DNA of 64,000 nucleotides, from NCBI GenBank assembly GCA_963754955.1, contig CAVWHY010000004.1, positions 11,516 through 75,515 of the forward strand. Reading direction: 5' to 3'. A program made the translations under genes and the position numbers. The notes beneath the pieces were generated by a model. It worked only from the letters and a program-made list of their open reading frames with translations, ran no database searches and was not told the origin of the DNA. Shown piece after piece: positions 18,859 to 32,085 of this stretch. This DNA is from an uncultured Acidobacteriota bacterium (GTDB taxonomy: Bacteria > Acidobacteriota > Vicinamibacteria > Vicinamibacterales > CAVVIG01). The stretch's first letter is position 1, and the number at the start of each line of letters is the position of its first letter.

Positions 18859-19339
18859 GTGGACTCCCGGAGGGCCTACATCGACGGCCTCAAGATGCTC
18901 GGACGGCGCGAACTGTCCGAGGCCCAGATCCGCCAGCGCCTCGCCCGCCGCGACCACGAACCCGACGCCATCGACGCCGCGGTCGCGCTGCTGATCGAGC
19001 GAACGCGCCATCGACGATGCCCGTGTGGCCGCCGCGATCGCGCGCACCGAGACCGGCATCCGCAAGCGCGGGCGGCTGCGGGTCCAGCGCAAGATCGAAA
19101 GCGCCGGCATCTCCCCCGCCACGGCCCGGCGCGCGGTCGACGAGGTGTTCGGCGCCCTCGACGACGAGGGTCTGCTCGAGTCGGCGCTCGCCAAACGCCT
19201 TCGCGGGGGCGCGTCCATCGCAGACCAGCGCGAGTTCAACCGGCTTTACCGGTATCTCGTCGGCCAGGGCTTCGAACCACACCGGGTGCTCGCGATCCTC
19301 AAGAAGAACCACAAAGGGCACGAAGAACACGAAGACTAG
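18859..19339 (+). pseudogene. recX: recombination regulator RecX; frame broken once (~19000-19007)
   Basis: GTG 18859 ..AYIDGLKMLGRRELSEAQIRQRLARRDHEPDAIDAAVALLIER continues in ORF 19025..19339 frame as AIDDARVAAAIARTETGIRKRG... The C-terminal tail KKNHKGHEEHED is encoded by repeat E. Confidence 0.75.
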
Positions 19340-19376
19340 GCATCCGGCTTTGTGGCCTTCGTGATCTTTGTGGTTC
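19301..19376. repeat. hairpin E, CACGAAG/CTTCGTG family, left arm inside the recX 3-prime end
   Basis: aagaagaaccacaaagggcacgaagaacacgaagac / ctttgtggccttcgtgatctttgtggttc. Confidence 0.75.
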
Positions 19377-19389
19377 AATTGATTCCGCG

Positions 19390-22017
19390 ATGACCTCCAA
19401 CGAGATCCGTTCGTCCTTCCTCAAGTTCTTCGAAAGCCGCGAGCACCGCGTGGTGCCGAGCTCGCCGCTCGTGCCCGGCGACGACCCGACGCTGCTGTTC
19501 ACCAACGCCGGGATGAACCAGTTCAAGGACCTGCTCCTCGGCCGCGAGAAGCGCAGCTACAAGCGGGCCGCCACGTCGCAGAAGGTCATGCGCGTCAGCG
19601 GCAAGCACAACGACCTCGACAACGTGGGGCCGTCGCACCGCCACCACACGTTCTTCGAGATGCTCGGCAACTTCTCGTTCGGCGACTACTTCAAGGAAGA
19701 CGCGCTGCCGTTCGCCTGGGAGCTGCTGACCGACGTCTGGAAGATGGAGCCCAGCCGGATGGTCGTGTCGATCTTCAAGGGCGAGAACGGCATCCCGCGC
19801 GACGCCGAGGCGTACGACATCTGGCGGAAGCTGGGCGTCCCGGCCGATCGCATCCTCGAACTGGGCAGCGACGACAACTTCTGGTCGATGGGCGACACGG
19901 GGCCGTGCGGCCGCTGCTCCGAGATCTACTACGTGCGCGGCGGCAGCGGGCACGATCCCGAAATCGAGATCTGGAACAACGTCTTCATGGAGTTCGAGCG
20001 GTCAGCCGACGGCAGGCTGACTCCGCTGCCGGCGCCGTCGATCGACACGGGCATGGGCCTCGAGCGCATCACGGCGGTGCTGCAGGAAAAGGAGTCGAAC
20101 TACGACACCGACGTGTTTCAGCCGCTCCTCCACCGCGATCGGCGAGATCACCGGACGCCGGTACGGGCACGACGAACAGAGCGACATCTCGATGCGCGTC
20201 GTCGCCGATCACATCCGATCGACGACGTTTCTCATCGGCGACGGCGTGATCCCGTCGAACGAGTGGCGCGGGTACGTGCTGCGGAAGATCATGCGGCGCG
20301 CGATGCGCCACGGCAAGCACCTGGGGCTGACCGAGCCGTTCCTGCACACGCTCGTCGCCGTCCTCGATCGCGATATGGGCGACGCCTACCCGGCATCCGC
20401 ACCGGCCGCGAGATGATCGAGCGATCGATCCTCGCCGAGGAGCATCGCTTCGAAGCCGTGCTGACCGAGGGCCTGCCGCGCCTCGAGGCGGAACTCGCCA
20501 AGGTCCTCGGCACGAAATCGCGGGTGCTCGGCGGCGACGCGGCGTTCAAGCTGTACGACACGTTCGGCGTGCCCTTCGACTTCATCGAGGACACCGCCAC
20601 GACGCAGGGCGTGGCGGTGGACAAGGCCGGCTACGAGCGCGCCATGGAAGGCCAGCGCGGCAAGGCGCGCGCGAAGAGCGGTTTCAAGGGCGGCGACGAG
20701 CCCGCGTGGTTCGTCGAGGATCGCGCCGAGATCAACGCGCTCAACGACGCGTTTCGCGGCTACGAGACGACGACGACGGTCGGCGTGCCGATTGCCATCC
20801 TGTACGACGACCAGCCGGCGGTGACGGACGTGCTCCGCGAAGGCCAGACGGGCTGGGTCATCCTGCCGGAAACGCCGTTCTACCTCGAGGCGGGCGGACA
20901 GGTCTCCGACACCGGCCGCATCCACGGCGCGACGGGCGAGGCGCGTCGTGGACGGCATGCGCCGGATCCCCGTTCGCAAGGACTTCCCGCGCGCGCATCA
21001 TGTCGCGTCGTGCGCGGCGAGCTTCGCACGCGCGACATCGTGACGGCCGAGGTCGACGTCGGACGTCCGCGACGCCACGCGGCGCAACCACACGGCGACA
21101 CACCTGCTCCACGCGGCGCTGCGCCAGGTGCTCGGCTCGCACGTCAAGCAGGCGGGTTCGCTCGTGGCGCCCGATCGCCTGCGCTTCGACTTCGTGCACT
21201 TCCAGGCGATCACACGCGACGATCTCGATCGCATCGAGCGCATCGTCAACGAGCAGGTGTACCGCAACACGCCGGTGAAGACGGACGTCGACGTATCGCC
21301 GGAGCAGGCCGTCGCGGCCGGCGCGATGGCGTTGTTCGGCGAGAAATACGGCGACAAGGTCCGCGTCGTCAGCGTGCCCGGCTTCAGCATGGAGCTGTGC
21401 GGCGGCACGCACGTGCTCCGCGACCGGCGACATCGGGTTCTTCGCGATCCTCGCGGAAAGCGGCGTCGCGGCGGGCGTTCGCCGGATCGAAGCCGTGACG
21501 GGCGCGGGAGCCGTCGAATGGGCGCAGCAGCAGCGAGCGTCCTTACACGCCGTCATCGACGCGTTGAAGGTGAACCCGATCCAGGCGGTGGAGGCGATCG
21601 AACGGCTGCAGGCAGACAGCAAGCGGCTGACCCGCGAGGTGTCCGAGCTCAAGACGAAACTGGCGACCGGAGGCGGAGGCAAGAAGGCGGCCTACGACGT
21701 CATCGACGTCGGTGGCGTGTCGCTCGTCAGGCAGACGCTGCCGGGAATCGACAAGGACGGACTCCGGGCCGTCGCCGACCAGATCCGCGCCCAGATCAAG
21801 AGCGGCATCGTCGTCCTCGCGTCGCCCGCGACGGCAAAGTCCAGATCGTCGTGGCCGTCACGCCGGACCTCACGTCGCGCGTCAAGGCCGGCCAGATCGT
21901 CAAGGAACTCGCCCCGATGGTCGGCGGCGCCGGCGGCGGCCGGCCAGACTTCGCCGAAGCCGGCGGCAAACAGCCCGAGAAGGTCGACGAGATGCTGAGC
22001 TGCCAGCCAAGCTGTGA
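19390..22017 (+). pseudogene. alaS: alanine--tRNA ligase; at least 7 single-base frame breaks, 3-prime end unresolved
   Basis: ATG 19390 MTSNEIRSSFLKFFESREHRVVPSSPLVPGDDPTLLFTNAGMNQFKD. Conserved blocks then hop frames at ~20135, 20392, 20944, 21007, 21063, 21422, 21830 ([62 protein letters not shown] all present). The end is taken as the frame-1 stop at 22015-22017, which is uncertain. Confidence 0.85.
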
Positions 22018-22020
22018 TTG

Positions 22021-22128
22021 CCAGGCTGCTGGGGGCGTAAGCCCCGACCCCGCCCCTAGCCCTCGGACCTCAGCCTCCAGCGCCCAGCGCAGCCCCTGGT
22101 CCCGGGGCCTACCTCTACAGCCCTCAGG
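22021..22128. repeat. one-armed C-rich element F related to the right arms of D and K, plus a small GTAA-loop hairpin (22031-22045)
   Basis: gcccctagccctcggacctcagcctccagcgcccagcgcagcccctggtcccggggcc resembles K (gccctggcccccagcctctagcccc). No clear opposing arm found. Confidence 0.45.
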
Positions 22129-22186
22129 CCGACCACCCGATAAGCTGACCAAGCAGTCGTCCAGCGCGACTGCATTGGTTAAACTG

Positions 22187-22914
22187 TTGATTCTAAATAA
22201 GCTACTCGTCGTATCAGGGCTGACGGCCTGTGCCCTCGCTCGCCGCCGTGCCGGCGCGCGCCCAGATCTACACCTGGCACGACGCGAACGGCCACATGGT
22301 GATTTCCGACCGACCCGAGGGATGGGATGGCACGCGTATTCAGCGTGCCCAAGGCCGAAGACCCCGTGCGAGCGACGCAGGTTTGTCGCTCCCGAAAAGA
22401 GCGCCCTCTACGACCCGCTGATCCGCGAGCATGCCGAGAACTTGCGGCGTTCGGACGGACCTGGTCCGGGCCGTCGTCCAGGTGGAATCCGGCTACAACG
22501 CGTACGCGCGGTCGCCGAAAGGCGCGCTGGGTCTCATGCAGCTCATGCCGGCGACGATTCAGCAGTTCGGCGTGCGGAACCCGTTCAACCCGATGGAGAA
22601 CATCCGCGCCGGCGTCTCGTACCTGCGTCAGCTGCTCGATCGCTATTCGAACGACGAAGCGCTGGCGCTGGCCGCCTACAACGCCGGTCCTGGCGCGGTC
22701 GATCGGCACGGCGTGGCCATCCCGCCTTACAAGGAAACGCGCGACTACGTGTCGAAGATCAACCGCATGGCGGGACAATCGACCAAAGGTTCCCGGCACC
22801 AACATCTACAAGACCACGGAAACCGTCGACGGCCGCGAAGTCCCCCGCTATTCCGACCATAAGCCCTCGGACGGCGGCTACGAGGTCGTCAAGCGCAATC
22901 AGGGTATCGAGTAG
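22187..22914 (+). pseudogene. lytic transglycosylase (DUF4124-like N-domain + SLT domain), about 5 frame breaks
   Basis: Signal/lipobox-like [10 protein letters not shown], then [29 protein letters not shown], then the SLT core [39 protein letters not shown], then C-terminus [23 protein letters not shown]. These lie in alternating frames (ORFs 22230.., 22327.., 21128.., 22431..). Start TTG 22187 is tentative. Confidence 0.75.
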
Positions 22915-22976
22915 GCCCGGACCCGCCGGACCCCGTGGACCTCTCGGACCTCTCGGACCCTCGGACCCTCGGACCC
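22915..22976. repeat. tandem array G, seven CGGACC-centred 7-9 nt units (complement of the GAGGTCC family) between convergent genes
   Basis: ggcccggacccgccggaccccgtggacctctcggacctctcggaccctcggaccctcggaccc fills exactly the gap between stop 22914 (+) and stop 22977 (-). Confidence 0.8.
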
Positions 22977-24707
22977 TTATTCCCCTCGCTCCACCCCGAA
23001 CAAGTCGAGCCGTTCGTAGGCCGGCGCAAGCCATTCGGTCGCCAGCACGACTTCGATCAGCACCACAAGGGTGAAGACAACCGTTGCGGGCACCAGCGTC
23101 GCTGCGCCGAGGAGCGCGTGCAGCGCGAACCACACGAGGCCGCCGGCAATGGCGCCGGGCAGCGCGAACAGCAGCAGCGAACAGACGACGCCGGCCATCA
23201 TGATGAGCCGCTGCCCCATCGCATCGACGCCGCGCGGCTGCTGCATCCCCGCCGGCACCCACGCGGGAAAAAAGATCGCGACGGCGTTGTGCACGATGTA
23301 CTGCGGCGTCACGAGCGCCGGTGCCGCCACGATTCCCGAAACGGCGAGGACCCAGCGCCAGGTCTCGGACAGGCGCGGGAACGCGGTCCCCGCGAACAAC
23401 GCGGCACATGCGACGCCGACCCACACCGTGACGACCACCACGCTGGCCGGCCACAGGATTTCGCCGCGGATGACCGAGCCCGCCCGCACCGGCCACGTCT
23501 TCAGGACGTCGAGATGCTGCAGGTCGCCGCGCAAGTCGAGGCGCATCAACTGCGGGCCAAACAGCACGCCGAACGCGCTGACGGCCAACGAAAAGCTCGT
23601 GACGATGCCCGCGGCGCCCCGCAGGCGGTTGGCCGCCAGGACCGCGAACGAGAGGCCGATGACGGCGGCCGCAATCGGCACCCCCATGCGCAGCACCGTG
23701 GCGTCGCTGGCCCTGAGCATCTGCATGCCGTTCTTCCACACGAAGATGCCTTCGGCGCGGCCGGTCAGCGGCAGCGTCCAGCCGGCAGCCCGGGCCCGCG
23801 GCGCCGACCGGCGGGCGCTCGCGTCGCTCGTTTCCTGCGCGCCGACCTCGCCTGCGGCAAGCTCGAACGCATCCGCTGCCGACAGCAGCCACAGCGTAAC
23901 GGCTGCCAGCACCGCGAGCGACCCGGCCAGCGCGATCAGGTAGGCGCCGGCATCGGGCACCGCCAGCGGCCGCAGCATGGCGGCAAACGGCCAGAGGACG
24001 ATGGACGTCACGCCGCCCGCGGTCGTGCGAACCAGGCGAACCCACAAGTCCGAAAGGCTGGCCGCCGGCTGCGCGAGAAACTGGCGCACGATCGTGCCGC
24101 CGACGATGGCAACGGCCGCACACGTGATCGCGATCGGGCACCCACGCCGCGCGCCGCACTGCGGCGTCGGCCGACTTCAAGCGCGACACGCGTCAGCGCG
24201 ACGCCGGCGAAGTACACGCGAGCCGACAGCAGGAAGGCCCAGATCGCCACGACGAACTGCACCCGCGCCGCGGCGGAGGCGGGCGCGACGAGCGCCACGA
24301 CGATCACGGAGGCGATGAGCGACCCGATCTGCGAGCGCAGAATCTTGTGGAGCAGCAGCTGCCGGCGCGTTAGCGGCGCCGAAAACAGAAACGCGGCCTC
24401 GGCGCGCGAGAACTCCAGCAGCGCGCTCCTGGCGGGAAGGAGCCAGACACACGCCGCCAGCGCGAACACCCCAAGGCCGGCGAGCGACGATCCCGTCGCC
24501 TGCCATGCCGGCTGCCAGCCCGGCCACTCCCCGGCCGGGGCCCCTCGGTCTGCCGACCGCCACCGCGGTTGAACACCGCGAAGTACAGATACGCCGACCC
24601 CGACGATCGCCCCGATCAGGTAGCGCGGCTCGCGCAGCCGGCGCAGCCTGACGCGGAGCCGGTTGCGCGCGGAGCAGACGATCAGGTACAGTGCTCGCGC
24701 TCAGCAT
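22977..24707 (-). pseudogene. multi-pass membrane component of a putative ABC exporter; about 5 frame breaks
   Basis: ORF 22977..24089 (370 aa, many TM helices) plus upstream fragments 24008..24469 and 24370..24576. N-terminus MLSASTV../LIVCSARNRLRVRLRRLREPRYLIGAIVGVAYLYFAVF starts at ATG 24707, 2 nt after the ATPase stop. Family assignment is tentative. Confidence 0.6.
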
Positions 24708-24708
24708 C

Positions 24709-25448
24709 TCAGTCGCGGCCGGTGACGTGCAGGAAGATCTGCTCGAGATTCGACCCGGCGGGCGCCAGGTCGGCGCGCGATGCGAGATCGGCCACCGTAC
24801 CGTCCGCGACCTTCTTGCCGTGGTCCATGATGATGACCCGCGTGCAGACCTCTTCGACCAGGTGCAGCAGATGCGACGACAGCAGGATGGCGGCGCCGGC
24901 CCGCCCGCGCGCGACGATCGTTTCGCGCATCTTGCGGATGCCACGCGGGTCGAGGCCCGTCAGCGGCTCGTCGAACAGGAGCACCGAGGGCTGCCGGACC
25001 AGGCCGCATGCGATGACGACCTTCTGCCGCATGCCCCGGGACAGCTCGCCGGGTAGCGACCGCTCCTTGCCCGTTCAGTTCCAGCTCATCGACGAGGGTG
25101 CGCGCGCGCGCGTCGAAGTCGTCCACGCGGTAGAGCCGCGCCATCAGCCGCAGGTGCTCGTCGACTGTCAGATACTCGAACAGGTGCGGCTCGTCGGGCA
25201 TGAACGCCAGCCGCCGTTTGGCCTCGATCGCCGCGTCCCCGTCGGCGCCGATCTCGAAGCCGTCGATCCGCACGGTGCCGGTCGATCGGCCTCAGGATGC
25301 CGGCGAGCGTCCGGAGCGTCGTCGTCTTTCCGGCGCCGTTCGGGCCAATCAGGCCCACGATTTCGCCCGCCGCGACCTCGAACGACAGGCCGTCCACCGC
25401 GACGAAGGCCCCGTAGGTGCGCGTCAGCTGCTGGACCGCGATCGGCAT
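24709..25448 (-). pseudogene. ABC transporter ATP-binding protein; 2 frame breaks (~25285, ~25070)
   Basis: Three fragments in three frames. Walker [22 protein letters not shown] (25086..25448). Middle [30 protein letters not shown]. Signature/Walker B LSRGMRQKVVIACGLVRQPSVLLFDEPLTGLDP (24709..25032). Confidence 0.85.
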
Positions 25449-25489
25449 GGGGTATGTTAAACTTAGGAGTTTCGGAGGGACGAATCTAC

Positions 25490-25753
25490 GTGGCTACGCA
25501 TGCATCCGCGCTCAAAGCGCACCGGCAGAGTCTCAACAACCGCGACCGCAACCGTCAGTTCCGGTCGCATCTTCGCAGTGCGCTGAAGAACATCCGCACC
25601 GCTATCGCCGGCAACGACCTGGCCGGCGCCAAATCGGCTCTGAAGGAGACGATTTCGCTCATCGACAAGATGGCGAACAAGGGCGTCATCCACCGGAACG
25701 CCGCCGGCCGCTACAAGTCGCGGCTGAACCGCCGCATCGCGGCCCGCGCATAG
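25490..25753 (+). CDS. rpsT: 30S ribosomal protein S20
   Basis: GTG 25490 ([36 protein letters not shown]..) at the tail of ORF 24569..25753. GGAGGG lies 11 nt upstream. Confidence 0.85.
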   Translation: MATHASALKAHRQSLNNRDRNRQFRSHLRSALKNIRTAIAGNDLAGAKSALKETISLIDKMANKGVIHRNAAGRYKSRLNRRIAARA

Positions 25754-25782
25754 CCGCAGCCCGACGGGAGCCGGCCCAGACG

Positions 25783-26805
25783 TTACCAACGCCGCGGACC
25801 GAATCCGGTCCGCGTTCTCTTTCCACCTGACAATTCGACGACCAGCCGCTCGAGCAGGACGCGCGGATCGCCGCCGGACCGTTTCAGGTCGAGGTCCGTG
25901 CGGAACAGCGACTCGATCGCGCCCTGGAGCTCGGCCGGCGCCACCTGCGGGAACTTCGATCGCACCATCCAGGCGAGCTGGCCCAGAATCTGTTCGGGGC
26001 GCGCGCCCGCGTCGAACACCAGCGCCAGCTGGCGCAGCGCCTCGCTGCCCTGCCCCGCTTCGATGGCGTTGGGCAGCGCCCACTCGTCCTGGAGCGCCGC
26101 CGGCCCGGCGACCTCGCGGACGTCGTCCATGCTGATCTTCTTCTGGCCGAAGGCGTAGAGCAGCAGGCGATCGACGTCACCACGCAGCTGCTTCACGTCG
26201 CCCGTCTTGCCGTCGTTGCGCGGGCGTTCGGGAAATCCGGCGCGCGCGGCCAGGGCCCGCGCGCCGGCCGGATCGATCTCCACCCCCTCCGCCTGCACGC
26301 GCGCCCGTACCCAGCGTTCGGCGCCGGCCACGTCGGCGGGCGACCCGCAGTCCACGACGGTGGCGTTCTTCGCGAACGCTCTGAATGTCTTCGTCCGCTT
26401 GTCGAGCGACGCCGCCACGAAGACGAGCGTCGTCAGCGGCTCGGGCTTCTCGAGAAGCGCGAACAGTTCGTCGAGGGCCCGCGCCGCGGCATCGCTGTCG
26501 CGCTTCGGGGCGAGCAGCGCCTCGGCCTGCGCCACGACGACCACGCGGCGCGGCGCCATCATCGGCAGCGTCCGCGCGCCGTCCACGATGGCGGCGATGC
26601 CGCCCGCGATCTGATCGCCCGTTGTCATCTGGCCCGCGTGAATCGTCTCGACGTTGAACGCGCGCAGCCCCTCCTCCACCAGATCCGCAAACTGCGCACC
26701 AAGCGCCGACCGCTCGACGTCGTCTTCCCCTTGGAGGAGATACACGGGGTCCGTTTCGCCCGAGGCGATTTGTTTTCGGACGGCGGCCGGCGTCAGTGTC
26801 GCCAC
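25783..26805 (-). CDS. holA: DNA polymerase III subunit delta
   Basis: ORF, 340 aa. N-terminus ..ETDPVYLLQGEDDVERS.. Classical leuS-lptE-holA synteny. Confidence 0.85.
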   Translation of the reverse strand: MATLTPAAVRKQIASGETDPVYLLQGEDDVERSALGAQFADLVEEGLRAFNVETIHAGQMTTGDQIAGGIAAIVDGARTLPMMAPRRVVVVAQAEALLAPKRDSDAAARALDELFALLEKPEPLTTLVFVAASLDKRTKTFRAFAKNATVVDCGSPADVAGAERWVRARVQAEGVEIDPAGARALAARAGFPERPRNDGKTGDVKQLRGDVDRLLLYAFGQKKISMDDVREVAGPAALQDEWALPNAIEAGQGSEALRQLALVFDAGARPEQILGQLAWMVRSKFPQVAPAELQGAIESLFRTDLDLKRSGGDPRVLLERLVVELSGGKRTRTGFGPRRW

Positions 26806-26813
26806 TTCGTGGA

Positions 26814-27355
26814 TTAAAACGCTTCGAGGATGGCGCTCACGATGCTGCTGGCGAACTCGGCGCTCATCCGGTCGAGCGCTTGCGTGTCCTGGCCGAAGAA
26901 CGCCGCCGCGTCTGTCTGCTGCTGGCCGCCCGCGGCGTCATATTCCTGCCGGAACACGAGGCTCGGGTTGTCCCAGAGCACCATGTTGGCGCGCATGTCC
27001 TTCAGCTCGACCCTCGCCGTCATCACGACCGCGTATCGCGACGCCAGCTGCGTGGCGTTGTAACTCGACGGCGTGATTGTCACGGCGGTGACCTCGCCCG
27101 TCAGCAGGGCGTCCACGTTGTTCGCGTCGGGCACGATGTCGTACTTGCCCCGGCCGATGAACTCTGACCGCACCTTCTGTGTCAGCGTCGTCTCCAGGTT
27201 GAACACGGTGGTCCGGTTTGTGAACGTCGGGATGCCGATGGTGCGGATCGTCGCGGGCAGGAACGTACCGCGGCCGGCGAGCGCGTAACCACAAGAGCTG
27301 TTCAGCAAGCCACACACGACAAACAGCGCGCAAACGATCGCCGTTGAAAGCCGTG

Positions 27356-27359
<4 letters not shown>
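26814..27359 (-). CDS. lptE: LPS-assembly lipoprotein LptE
   Basis: ORF. Lipoprotein signal ..[18 protein letters not shown] then ..[13 protein letters not shown]... Sits between leuS and holA as in many Gram-negatives. Confidence 0.8.
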
Positions 27360-29882
<2,523 letters not shown>

Positions 29883-29886
29883 TCCG

Positions 29887-30908
<1,022 letters not shown>

Positions 30909-30912
<4 letters not shown>

Positions 30913-31373
30913 GGGAGCACGCCCGCCTGCGCGAGGTGATGGCGGAGGTGCTCGCCGTAGTCGAACGCGAGGAACCCGAGCGTCACGGGCGACGCCGACT
31001 CGATCACGCACGGGACGTCGCGGCGCTCCTCGGGAATGTGACTGATGACGTGCGCGAGGTGCCGGTTGTACGCGTGCCACAACGTCACGAGTTCGTCCCA
31101 CGGACGATCGACGTAGTGCTGACAGGCGACCCAGTGCTCCTGCTCGTAGGGGGGAAACGTCAGCGCGGCTCCCTCCTGCGCGCGCACGAACCGCTGGTGG
31201 TTATTGGACGCCGAGTCGATCAGGTGCCCGATGATCTGCTTCGGTGTCCACTTCCCCGCATCGCGAGGCCGCGCGGCCTGCGGTTCCGACAGCGCTCGAA
31301 GCTTCGGAACGGCGGCTTCGACGGTGTCCAGCAGATCCGCCGCGATCGTCGGGAACGGTGTGCGATCCGTCAT
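30909..31373 (-). CDS. DinB-family (DinB_2) metal-dependent protein
   Basis: ORF, 154 aa. WTPKQIIGHLIDSASNNHQRF and ..HAYNRHLAHV.. His-triad pattern. Confidence 0.7.
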
Positions 31374-31407
31374 GAGGGAAGGGATGATCGTAACACGCCG
31401 CTCACGC

Positions 31408-32085
31408 TCACGAAATCATCTGCAGCGCGCGCGCTTCGAGCGCCTGCAGCCTCGCTTCCAGGTCGCGACGCGCCGCCTCGAGGCCCTCGTCTCCGGCATC
31501 GGACGAAACCTCCAGGGGTTCGCCGACGGCAATGGCCACCGTGGCGAACGGCTTCGGAATCTGCGTGCGATCCCAGCTGTTCGTCGTCCAGAACCGGTCC
31601 GCTTCGAGGTGAAACGGCACCACGGGATTCCCCGTTGCTTTCGCAAGCCAGATGGCGCCCGGCTGCGCGACACGGGCAGGACCGCGCGGTCCGTCCAGCG
31701 TAAACCCCGCGGGCTTCCCCGCCTCCAGATCCCGGACCAGTTGCACGAGTGCCCGGCGGCCGCCTCGCGACGTCGATCCTCGCGCCGTCCCGTATCCGAA
31801 GCGCTCGATGATGCCGGCGATCCACTCGCCGTCGAAGTTCTCGCTCGTGATGACGACGATGCCACGGCGGCGGAAGTAGAAGGTGGCGGGCAGAATCCGC
31901 CCATGCCAGAAGGCCATGATCGGCTGGCGGCCGCTCCGGACCGGCGCGTCCAGGTGCTCGAGGCCTTCGACACGCCACCGTAACGTCGCGCCAAGGGCGG
32001 CCACCGCGCGATAACCGACGGCCGAGATCGCCGCGGCCTCGAGCCGCTTCAGGCGCGACGCCCTCCAGTCGGACGCCGCGGTCAC
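31408..32085 (-). CDS. DUF374 / lysophospholipid acyltransferase-family protein
   Basis: C-terminal 225 codons of the artefactual ORF 31408..34899. MAFWHGRILPATFYFRRRGIVVITSENFDGEWIAGIIERFGYGTARGSTSRGG. GTG 32085 overlaps the upstream stop (GTGA). Confidence 0.75.
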   Translation of the reverse strand: MTAASDWRASRLKRLEAAAISAVGYRAVAALGATLRWRVEGLEHLDAPVRSGRQPIMAFWHGRILPATFYFRRRGIVVITSENFDGEWIAGIIERFGYGTARGSTSRGGRRALVQLVRDLEAGKPAGFTLDGPRGPARVAQPGAIWLAKATGNPVVPFHLEADRFWTTNSWDRTQIPKPFATVAIAVGEPLEVSSDAGDEGLEAARRDLEARLQALEARALQMIS

